This document shows, piece after piece, positions 12,438-19,727 of a stretch of 64,000 nt of DNA. Origin of the DNA: Parcubacteria group bacterium GW2011_GWA2_43_13 (GTDB taxonomy: Bacteria; Patescibacteriota; Patescibacteriia; UBA9629; GWA2-43-13). The stretch lies in NCBI GenBank assembly GCA_000999025.1, contig LCFM01000004.1, forward strand, positions 1,925-65,924. The letters run 5' to 3'. The position numbers were made by a program, and so were the translations under genes. Numbering within the stretch: the first letter of the stretch is position 1; each line of letters begins with the position of its first letter. The notes beneath the pieces were generated by a model that ran no database searches, was not told the DNA's origin, and worked only from the letters and a program-made list of their open reading frames with translations.

Positions 12438-12515
12438 TCGCTTTTTCTTGCCAATAACAGCATCATTTTCATCAACAAGATCAAGATATTCAGCCACAGT
12501 GTGAGTTGGTATCAT
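12438..12515 (-). pseudogene. N-terminal fragment of a Nudix paralog
   Basis: minus-strand translation MIPTHTVAEYLDLVDENDAVIGKKKR* parallels the N-terminus of the 8659-9168 Nudix (EFLDIVDEQDQVVGRAAK), then a stop. Confidence 0.35.
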
Positions 12516-12531
12516 ATTTGGTTATTGTCAA

Positions 12532-13095
12532 TTATCTTTTTACACCCTCACAGCCCAATAAAAAATCTTTTAATTCCGCAAATGGTTTTATTTGTACATA
12601 CGTTTTTTGGTCGTCTTCCTCGCTCAATTGCGCCCGTGTAACGGTATATCCCTTTGGGATAAAAATCTTGTCCCATCCATACCCACGTTCACCAGCTGGA
12701 ATTTGAGATATCTCTCCATCCATGCTCCTTTCAAATAATTTTAGAATATTTCCATCGTAATACCCAAACACACATCGCGCAACAGCGTTACGCGTCTTTC
12801 CATGTACCATGGAACAGATAGTTTCAAACGGCAGTTCTTCAACAAAAAACCGAATAAAAGGGCCGGGCAACCTGCCAAAAGCCACAAACTCAAGCGAAAC
12901 ATCTTCAACAATTACCGGACTTTTAATTTTCTCGTATGCTTGCCGCACTTTGTGTTCAACAATTTCTTTAAGATCTAATGATTGTATCTCGTCTAAATCA
13001 AGTTTTAGGTGTTTTACAGGAAACCCCAAATATTTCGCCAAATAATCGGCCTTATTCTGGTTGCCTGTTATAAATGTAACATCTCTATTCTCCAT
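12532..13095 (-). CDS. rdgB: non-canonical purine NTP pyrophosphatase (Ham1/RdgB/ITPase)
   Basis: MENRDVTFITGNQNKADY N-terminus and Ham1-family motifs; the ORF-track N-terminal extension to 13281 crosses a repeat/poly-C tract and is probably not translated. Confidence 0.8.
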   Translation of the reverse strand: MENRDVTFITGNQNKADYLAKYLGFPVKHLKLDLDEIQSLDLKEIVEHKVRQAYEKIKSPVIVEDVSLEFVAFGRLPGPFIRFFVEELPFETICSMVHGKTRNAVARCVFGYYDGNILKLFERSMDGEISQIPAGERGYGWDKIFIPKGYTVTRAQLSEEDDQKTYVQIKPFAELKDFLLGCEGVKR

Positions 13096-13142
13096 AAGAA
13101 TAAACAAATGCATTAATTCGAGAATTACACAAAATACCCTCA

Positions 13143-13215
13143 ATGGTGCGGTGTCTGTTTGAAAATATCCGAACGGAACTGGCTGGGCTCGGCGGGAGGA
13201 ATCCCCCCCACCCCC
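13143..13215. repeat. ~75-bp repeat with homopolymeric C tract (copy 1)
   Basis: cggtgtctgtttgaaaatatccgaacggaactggctgggctcggcgggaggaatccccccca-cccccccc; second copy at 13965-14040. Confidence 0.7.
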
Positions 13216-13545
13216 CCCTTCCGCCCGCCTCGCCTTGAACCGGAGCGGAAAGGACGATTTCAAGTTTTTCTTTGGCGACAAGCCCTAAACCAAATCCTTT
13301 TTCTTCTCCTCAAATTCTTTCTTATTTATCTCACCCTTCGCGTATCGCTCTTTCAAAATTTCAAGTGGCGATTTTTCGCCATTGTGAGTGCCGCGAAATT
13401 GGCTCGTAAGCCACATGATAAGGGCAACAATACCCGCGATGATGAGCCCCCACCAAAGGAACATAAACATCCAGCCGAAACCGTCAAAAGGGAAAAATCC
13501 AAAATTCATCATAGTGTTTGTTGAATTATTAAAGGTCAATATTAC
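13215..13545. repeat. ~300-bp direct repeat carrying the SHOCT gene (copy 1)
   Basis: near-identical to 16185-16465, including upstream cttccgcc..cgccttg and the whole small ORF. Confidence 0.8.
13285..13512 (-). CDS. SHOCT-domain small membrane protein (copy 1)
   Basis: 75 aa; TM helix and C-terminal ILKERYAKGEINKKEFEEKKKDL; near-identical to 16231-16458. Confidence 0.7.
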   Translation of the reverse strand: MMNFGFFPFDGFGWMFMFLWWGLIIAGIVALIMWLTSQFRGTHNGEKSPLEILKERYAKGEINKKEFEEKKKDLV

Positions 13546-13868
13546 CCAAAAACTAATACTTTATCCGAGGTCTCGACCATCTTGAGCAAGTCGGACATCG
13601 TGGACACTGCGCACACTTTGCTTTCTTCTTTCCCACGTATTTTGAGACAACTGGCGCATGCGTATATTTCGCCTTTCAATCCTTTGAATTCCACTACTTT
13701 TGCCGAGATATCAAAATACTCGCTATCAAGAATGGTATCAAGCTCCGAACCCTCACTCATCAAAAAAACCTCTACTTGATGGTTGGCTTTGAGCGCGGTA
13801 ATTCCGAATCGGAATGTATTCCACGCATGTTCGGGTTTGTTAGATTGCAAGATAATGCCAAGTTTCAT
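13542..13868 (-). CDS. DsrE/DsrF-like family protein
   Basis: 108 aa with a Cys-containing peroxiredoxin/DsrE-like pattern; tentative. Confidence 0.35.
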   Translation of the reverse strand: MKLGIILQSNKPEHAWNTFRFGITALKANHQVEVFLMSEGSELDTILDSEYFDISAKVVEFKGLKGEIYACASCLKIRGKEESKVCAVSTMSDLLKMVETSDKVLVFG

Positions 13869-13964
13869 AAAGTTATTTTATTAATTCAAGTATACAATAC
13901 ATCAATGTATCTCTAAAATCAACGAAAAGAAAGGATGGCCTTTCTTTTTTGATTCGGTGTCTGT

Positions 13965-14040
13965 TTGAAAATATCCGAACGGAACTGGCTGGGCTCGGCG
14001 GGAGGAATTCCCCCCCAACCCCCTTTTTTTGCCCACCTAC
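13965..14040. repeat. ~75-bp repeat with C/T homopolymer tract (copy 2)
   Basis: cggtgtctgtttgaaaatatccgaacggaactggctgggctcggcgggaggaattcccccccaaccccctttttttg. Confidence 0.7.
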
Positions 14041-14097
14041 TGGAAACTCCCAGCGATTTTTTCGGACGGCGGGGCCTCAAATTGGGTAGTGGGTGGG

Positions 14098-14442
14098 TTA
14101 GTTTTGATGATTGATTAGATACTCTTTGATTCTACTATTATCTTCACTTTCCTTGTCGCCCTTGTAATACAACTCAATAAATTCAATGTGTAGAGTTTGT
14201 TCAAAATATGCGTAAATGATCCGCAGTGATGCCCCCTTCAAGTATCTACAAAATAACCGAGCTTTAACAATATGTAAAACTTCGGTTTTCGTGATGACAT
14301 TAAAATGTTTGCTGTTGCCTAGAGGAACAGCAGAAACTACATTGCGAAATTCCTGCAGATCGTCGTGGAGTGATTTGTATTTTTTGGCAAGCCGTTTGAG
14401 TTCTTTTTGAAATTCCGGCACCTCATCAAAGTTCATCGTCAT
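14098..14442 (-). CDS. RelE/ParE-family type II toxin
   Basis: 114 aa; ..SLRIIYAYFEQTLHIEFIELYYKGDKE C-terminus typical of RelE/ParE; overlaps the upstream antitoxin gene by 17 nt. Confidence 0.55.
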   Translation of the reverse strand: MTMNFDEVPEFQKELKRLAKKYKSLHDDLQEFRNVVSAVPLGNSKHFNVITKTEVLHIVKARLFCRYLKGASLRIIYAYFEQTLHIEFIELYYKGDKESEDNSRIKEYLINHQN

Positions 14443-15196
14443 AATTTCTTACGGAGTATCTTTCATCACGGTAAAAGACGCTTTCGTAAGAAAGCGGTTT
14501 GCCGTCCTGCGCGGATTTCCACGGTATATCTTCATGCGAGTAATTTTCTATCTCGGCGGCGTTTTTATCCGAAAGACGAGCTAAGACATCGTCAATGTGT
14601 TCTATTTCGCGCGCCGAAAGTATATCGAGATTTGGACGCTTCCGTGGCAGGTACTTCTTTTGCAAATACTTGAAATACTGGCTTTTAACGGCCTCCAACT
14701 CGCCTTGCTCCTGCATTTCCTTCATTATTGAACCGAGCTCAACAGAGGTGGGGCCGTGATGGTTTTTAATATACGTCGCGCCCATCAAGTTTTCTTCAAA
14801 TTTTTCGTAGTAATCAAAATCAATAAAATAAAGTAATTTATGGAGCACGGTCTCACCTACATTTGGCTTACTGCCTACTTTCCCCAAAACATAGAGTAAA
14901 ACCTGCTTGAACTTCTCAAGGTTCTTTTCTGTAACACGAATCTGTAAGTCATCGGATTTTTTTGCTGACCCTTTCTCAATAGTTACAACTATTTTCGTAT
15001 CTTCTTTTTCCTCCAAAAAGTTTTCAAATGGAATATCAAAAACTTCCGCCAATTTCTTTGCCTCGGTAATAGTTAAATCCCGCTCCCCACGTTCAATTTG
15101 TATGTAGGTTGGGCGAGAAATACCAAGCTCTGACGCAAGATATTCCTGCGTCATATTACGCTTGCCACGTTGCTGTTGGATAAATTTTGAAAGCAT
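14426..15196 (-). CDS. XRE-family HTH protein with C-terminal Panacea (SocA-like, DUF4065) domain; putative antitoxin
   Basis: HTH QEYLASELGISRPTYIQIERGERDLTI; C-terminal KLLYFIDFDYYEKFEENLMGATYIKNHHGP fits the Panacea domain; translationally coupled to the toxin. Confidence 0.6.
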   Translation of the reverse strand: MLSKFIQQQRGKRNMTQEYLASELGISRPTYIQIERGERDLTITEAKKLAEVFDIPFENFLEEKEDTKIVVTIEKGSAKKSDDLQIRVTEKNLEKFKQVLLYVLGKVGSKPNVGETVLHKLLYFIDFDYYEKFEENLMGATYIKNHHGPTSVELGSIMKEMQEQGELEAVKSQYFKYLQKKYLPRKRPNLDILSAREIEHIDDVLARLSDKNAAEIENYSHEDIPWKSAQDGKPLSYESVFYRDERYSVRNYDDEL

Positions 15197-15293
15197 AGTT
15201 ATTTTGAAAATATTTCCCACACATGCAGGCCGAAAAAATAATAAGAGATTAATTCAGCTCCGACTGCTATAATTGTGATAATGAGCGGGGTTT

Positions 15294-15620
15294 TTAGTTT
15301 TTTTTTACTTCATTGAGTACTTCTCCCTCATTTTCAGCTGATTGATCAAGATTTTCCTGATGGAGAGTGCCTCCAACAACACGATTTGTAATTTTTCCAT
15401 TATTTTTTGCGGTTTGTCTACCGCCAATCTGAGTTAGGTCTGTCGCATTATGAGAGATTTCTCCACCCGAGGATTCTTGTTCTACATTTTGCATATGAAT
15501 TTTTGTCGCGTTAGTGGTTACAGACGCTCCCGGAGGTGTGTTGATTTCAATTTTATTATTTACTCCGTCGGGAGTCATAAAAATTATGGTATCGTGTTTA
15601 TATTCAGACATAAATAGCAT
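15294..15620 (-). CDS. hypothetical protein
   Basis: 108-aa ORF, no recognisable motif. Confidence 0.3.
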   Translation of the reverse strand: MLFMSEYKHDTIIFMTPDGVNNKIEINTPPGASVTTNATKIHMQNVEQESSGGEISHNATDLTQIGGRQTAKNNGKITNRVVGGTLHQENLDQSAENEGEVLNEVKKN

Positions 15621-15673
15621 TGTTTAAGATTATAATACTTACACTTCTATCGTAAGCGGTGTAGGGATTCTTG

Positions 15674-16021
15674 TCAATAGGAATGTAAAGAAGTTATACA
15701 CTCTCGCCTACAAGTGGGCAGGGTTATCTCGCCCAAAACCTGGGTGATGATTTCTTCTTCTTTTTCTACTTCGGCAACAAGGTGTTTTTGGATTTCCAAC
15801 GGAATAAAAGGAATTTTGAGAGAGGATAGATATTCAAAGCTCACGCGTGGTAATTGAGTGCCTTTTAGTCCTTTCAGCACTTCCGCGTTGAATTCATCGT
15901 TTCGTAGTATCAAAGCATATAATCCGGCAATGATTTTTTCAGAATTACTTCTCAAGACAAGAATATCTGTTGAACAAATACCATCTCTATCGGCAAACCA
16001 AACTTTGTTGAGGTTCGGCAT
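15674..16021 (-). pseudogene. hsdS: fragment of a type I R-M specificity subunit (HsdS) gene
   Basis: 115 aa with LKGTQLPRVSFEYLSSLKIPFIPLEIQKHLVAEVEKEEEII, the HsdS conserved-region signature; far too short to be functional. Confidence 0.55.
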
Positions 16022-16184
16022 TAACTTGCCATTGCCTTTCTAAAAGACGCCACCCAAGCCGAAAAATACGCAGAGCAAAAATCCGCCATAGGCGGACGGG
16101 ATTTTCTCAAAAAGATTGGTTCGAACTTCCGCATTGCCGAGCGGACGCTTTCGTTCCCCCTCAAAAATGCTTGGATTCTCGCGG

Positions 16185-16465
16185 GGAAATACCATCACCC
16201 CTTCCGCCTCGCCTTGCTTGCCTGCCCGACCTAAACTAAATCCTTTTTCTTTTCCTCAAATTCTTTTTTATTTATCTCACCTTTCGCGTATCGCTCTTTC
16301 AAAATTTCAAGTGGCGATTTTTCGCCATTATGAGTGCCGCGAAATTGGCTCGTAAGCCACATGATAAGCGCAACAATACCCGCGATGATGAGCCCCCACC
16401 AAAGGAACATAAACATCCAGCCGAAACCGCCAAAAGGAAAAAATCCGAAATTCATCATAGTGTTT
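16185..16465. repeat. ~300-bp direct repeat carrying the SHOCT gene (copy 2)
   Basis: near-identical to 13215-13545. Confidence 0.8.
16231..16458 (-). CDS. SHOCT-domain small membrane protein (copy 2)
   Basis: 75 aa, a few substitutions relative to copy 1. Confidence 0.7.
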   Translation of the reverse strand: MMNFGFFPFGGFGWMFMFLWWGLIIAGIVALIMWLTSQFRGTHNGEKSPLEILKERYAKGEINKKEFEEKKKDLV

Positions 16466-16471
16466 GTTGAA

Positions 16472-17170
16472 TTATTTTTTTAATCTCCTTATTTCTACTT
16501 CTATTTCTTTCACTACTTCTTTATTTTCAATGTCCCCATCTAAACTAAAAATAATGAATACCTTGCCTTGATATTTTTTCTCAAAATCAAAAAAATTTGT
16601 TTTCATTCTTTCGGATACAGAATAATTACCAAAATTTGCTTGTGCAGTTACTGGTTTAATTTGTATGCCAAAAGCTTTTTCGCCTACAAATCCTAAATAA
16701 TCTATATCGCCAGCATGATCAAGATCGTTATCACTTTTAACGAATTTTACTTCTGGAAAATATTCAGCCAGTCCATCATTGACGACAGATTTTTCACGAA
16801 TAAAACCATCATACGTACGATGTATTGTCAGGTTATAAATATAATCTTTGCAATCTTGTAGCGATAATTCATTGAAAGCGGCTTGCCATTCTGGTATAAC
16901 AACCTCGATAATTTTTTCATATAATCTTTCGCCCAATTCCATTAAAATTTCTGGTGTAATTTTTATCGCATTTTTGTTTTCGGTAAATGCTTTCTCAAAA
17001 TACCACTGTTCCCATTCATCTATGGTTTTAGGCTGACATTCTCGTATGAGCATCATGACAGCACCAACTTTATTCGGACGAGATAATTGATACGTTTGGC
17101 AAGCGTAATTTAATACTTTTTCTTTTTTACCAAAGTCCTTAGAATATTTTTTAGATTTTTTTACCGGCAT
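16472..17170 (-). CDS. putative type II restriction endonuclease, cognate of the adjacent methyltransferase
   Basis: 232 aa from MPVKKSKK; overlaps the 3' end of the MTase gene by 20 nt; acidic D/E-K-like segments (DLDHAGDIDYLGFVGEKAFGIQIK); family not recognised. Confidence 0.4.
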   Translation of the reverse strand: MPVKKSKKYSKDFGKKEKVLNYACQTYQLSRPNKVGAVMMLIRECQPKTIDEWEQWYFEKAFTENKNAIKITPEILMELGERLYEKIIEVVIPEWQAAFNELSLQDCKDYIYNLTIHRTYDGFIREKSVVNDGLAEYFPEVKFVKSDNDLDHAGDIDYLGFVGEKAFGIQIKPVTAQANFGNYSVSERMKTNFFDFEKKYQGKVFIIFSLDGDIENKEVVKEIEVEIRRLKK

Positions 17171-18467
17171 AATTTTGAGATAAATTAATAAATTTTTCTT
17201 TATATTTGTAATCCATTTCATTATCAACAAAAACATAGCCCCCTCTTATTAAATGAGCGTTTAGAAAAGTTTTATTTTGAAGATATAAATAACATAACAA
17301 ATTATTTCTTTTGTCATATTTTAAATCATCAAACTTTAAAAAAACCCGTTGTTTGTTGGTTTTATTTAATAAAAATTCCTTGGCATCTTCACATTTTTCT
17401 GGGTTAGTTTTTATACCTAATAATTTTATCATTAAACCATTATTTAACTTTATCGTCTCCGGATCTATTATTTCTTGTACTGTATAAAATTCATCTCTCT
17501 GCGCTTTATTGCTATCTATTTTTGAACCGAATTGCAATTTCTTTGGGTCTATCTTTCTGTCCATTTTTATAGGGTCTTTAAAAACATAAGGTAGGTTGGA
17601 AATTTCGTTTTCATAATTATTTTCGTTGCTCTCTTTATCTATAAAATTGACAGTTGAATTATCAAGTATTCTACCAGCATCAAATCCTAATTTTCCCTTA
17701 ATAATATCTCTAAACTTGGGATTAATTTCGTAACCTACCGAATTGCGATTTAAATTTCTTGCAGCTAACGAAGTGGTGCCGCTCCCCACAAACGGATCAA
17801 GTACCACATCACCAACAAAAGAAAACATTTTTATCAATCTTTTCGGCAATTCCTCCGGAAACATGGCAATATGCCCATCTTGCCTAACGCCGTTAAAATT
17901 CCAATGCCCTTGGAAATATGTATTCCATTCTTCTTTGGTAAGTTTTGAGAGTTCTTTTAATTCCAAATTTATTTTAGGGGACACTCCATTTTTTTTAAAT
18001 ATTAAAATAAACTCATAATCAAGTTTTATTATCCCATTTCGGGGGTATGGAAATGATCCCATTATTGTGGCACCGCCTGTTGTGTTCATGGTAGTTGATT
18101 TTTGCCAAATAATTGCCCCCATGTAATCGAGCCCTATGACTTCGCAAAATTTAATTATTTCTGTTCTTATCGGAATTACCTTATATCTTCCATAATAAAC
18201 AGAACGGGCAAATTGATCTCCAATATTGACACATAAACGACATCCATTTTCTAAAACCCTATAACACTCTTGCCAAACTAAGTTAAGATTATTTATATAA
18301 TCTTCATAATTATCATTGTAACCAATTTGATCCTCTGTCCCATAATCCTTCAATTGCCAATACGGTGGCGAGGTCACCACAAGATGAACGGATTTGTCTT
18401 GCAACTCCGCCATATTGCGAGAATCGCCAATGATAATTTTATGGTTTGTTTTTATACTTTCCTTCAT
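17151..18467 (-). CDS. beta-class N4/N6 DNA methyltransferase fused to a C-terminal SNase (thermonuclease)-like domain
   Basis: motif IV VVTSPPYW followed by motif I DPFVGSGTTSLAAR; C-terminal ~110 aa (KLLGIKTNPE..AKEFLL..RVFLKFD..LLCYLYL..LNAHLIRGGYVFV) aligns by eye to the SNase OB-fold, with Lys in place of the Ca-binding Asp. Confidence 0.75.
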   Translation of the reverse strand: MKESIKTNHKIIIGDSRNMAELQDKSVHLVVTSPPYWQLKDYGTEDQIGYNDNYEDYINNLNLVWQECYRVLENGCRLCVNIGDQFARSVYYGRYKVIPIRTEIIKFCEVIGLDYMGAIIWQKSTTMNTTGGATIMGSFPYPRNGIIKLDYEFILIFKKNGVSPKINLELKELSKLTKEEWNTYFQGHWNFNGVRQDGHIAMFPEELPKRLIKMFSFVGDVVLDPFVGSGTTSLAARNLNRNSVGYEINPKFRDIIKGKLGFDAGRILDNSTVNFIDKESNENNYENEISNLPYVFKDPIKMDRKIDPKKLQFGSKIDSNKAQRDEFYTVQEIIDPETIKLNNGLMIKLLGIKTNPEKCEDAKEFLLNKTNKQRVFLKFDDLKYDKRNNLLCYLYLQNKTFLNAHLIRGGYVFVDNEMDYKYKEKFINLSQNYAGKKI

Positions 18468-18504
18468 ACCAACAACCTTATCTTAATCTCCTAAACTTTC
18501 AAAT

Positions 18505-18591
18505 CGGAGAGGGAGGGATTCGAACCCTCGAGGGAGTTGCCCCCCTAACATCTTAGCAGGATGCTGCCTTCAGCCGCTCGGCCACCTCTCC
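18505..18591 (-). tRNA. tRNA-Ser(GCU)
   Basis: reverse complement GGAGAGGTGGCCGAGCGGCTGAAGGCAGCATCCTGCTAAGATGTTAGGGGGGCAACTCCCTCGAGGGTTCGAATCCCTCCCTCTCCG; cloverleaf with long variable arm and anticodon GCT; no encoded CCA. Confidence 0.85.
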
Positions 18592-18749
18592 ACGTCGGAA
18601 TTGCACTCCAGCTTTCGTCCCGACACAATGTCAGGACTACAGCTTCTGTGAATTCCTCCGTACAACAACACAAAACCTTCTCATCAAAACACGTCCGCAG
18701 TATAGCTATTTTACTCTATCCAGTCAATTAAATAAAACACATATGAAAT

Positions 18750-18820
18750 GTAGAGACGCAGTGATACTGCGTCTTTATTGAAATAAGACATGCCGGGGAC
18801 GCGTCTCTACAAACTATTCC
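18750..18820. repeat. palindromic element family A (gtagagacg..cgtctctac)
   Basis: tagagacgcagtgatactgcgtct..gacgcgtctctac, intergenic. Confidence 0.6.
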
Positions 18821-18853
18821 ACCATAACCCTAAAAAGAGTATACTACTATTAT

Positions 18854-19330
18854 ATGGAAACACGGGTAACCGCATTTGAATGGGATTTCCCAGAATTTGA
18901 AAAACACCAACACACGCTTGGGTGGTATATTGGCGCTGGCATTTTCACCGCTGCTCTCCTTATTTACGCGCTTTCTGATGGAAATTTTCTCTTCGCAATA
19001 CTCATTATCACCTTTGCCCTTGTTGTATTATTCCATAACCATACAGAGCCAATCCTTGTTCACTGCAAACTTGATAAGCATGGCATCCAAGTCGGGAATG
19101 AAATATTTGAATTTAAACACCTTTACCGTTTTTGGCTTCTGTACGAACCGCCCCAAGCTAAAAATCTGTACATTGAATTTAAAAACAAAGTAAAACCGCG
19201 TCTGCGTATTCCTATAGAAAATGAAAATCCGCTTTTGATCCGCGACTTTCTCCTTGACCATATCAAAGAAGATCTTGAGCGAGAGGATTTGCCATTAAGC
19301 GATCAGTTCAGCAAACTCTTGAAGATATAA
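18854..19330 (+). CDS. hypothetical membrane protein
   Basis: 158 aa with two N-terminal TM helices; followed by a terminator. Confidence 0.5.
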   Translation: METRVTAFEWDFPEFEKHQHTLGWYIGAGIFTAALLIYALSDGNFLFAILIITFALVVLFHNHTEPILVHCKLDKHGIQVGNEIFEFKHLYRFWLLYEPPQAKNLYIEFKNKVKPRLRIPIENENPLLIRDFLLDHIKEDLEREDLPLSDQFSKLLKI

Positions 19331-19351
19331 TCATGATATGATACTGTCGAG

Positions 19352-19370
19352 AGGGCTTTAAGCCCTTTTT
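19352..19370 (+). terminator. rho-independent terminator
   Basis: AGGGC-TTTAA-GCCCT followed by TTTTT directly after the 18854-19330 stop. Confidence 0.6.
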
Positions 19371-19389
19371 AAATGTATGAGTGTCTGTT

Positions 19390-19432
19390 GCTCTCGTCGT
19401 TCAACGGATAGGACACGAGATTGCGTTCCCTG
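19390..19432 (+). pseudogene. partial tRNA-like duplication (5' half)
   Basis: GCTCTCGTCGTTCAACGGATAGGACACGAGATTGCG.. mirrors the acceptor, D-arm and anticodon 5' strand of the downstream tRNA, but the anticodon stem cannot close. Confidence 0.45.
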
Positions 19433-19443
19433 TCATAATATCT

Positions 19444-19515
19444 GCTCCCATCGTTCAATGGATAGGACGCAAGATTGCGGATCTTGTAATCCAAGTTCGA
19501 ATCTTGGTGGGAGCA
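19444..19515 (+). tRNA. tRNA with anticodon GCG (Arg by anticodon)
   Basis: GCTCCCATCGTTCAATGGATAGGACGCAAGATTGCGGATCTTGTAATCCAAGTTCGAATCTTGGTGGGAGCA folds as a 72-nt cloverleaf: 7-bp acceptor, anticodon loop TTGCGGA, T-loop TTCGAAT. Confidence 0.7.
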
Positions 19516-19727
19516 TATATCATGGCAATAATATCTCGCTACCCTACAGGTGATAATTGAGGTTCTCACCCTATTGAGGGCGATCACCCTGTATAGGATG
19601 AGATTCCTCACGAGAGCAATGGATACTTTTAAAAAACAGAAACAGGCCGCTTCTTGCGGCTTTTTCTGTATCTTGGCTCATTGCCCCAATAGCAAAATAC
19701 ACTCCAATATGATATACAAAAAAGGAT

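Noticed and set aside
13096-13281. N-terminal 62-aa extension of the Ham1/RdgB ORF
   Set aside because: The extension runs through the 75-bp repeat and poly-C tract (GGGGG) and lacks homology. The conserved Ham1 N-terminus starts at MENRDV, so the shorter start was chosen.
18600-18660. Imperfect hairpin gtcccgacacaatgtcaggac downstream of tRNA-Ser
   Set aside because: The stem has mismatches and no T-tract, so there is not enough evidence for a terminator or attachment site.
19369-19611. 80-aa minus-strand ORF
   Set aside because: It spans the intact tRNA and the tRNA fragment and is therefore not a gene.
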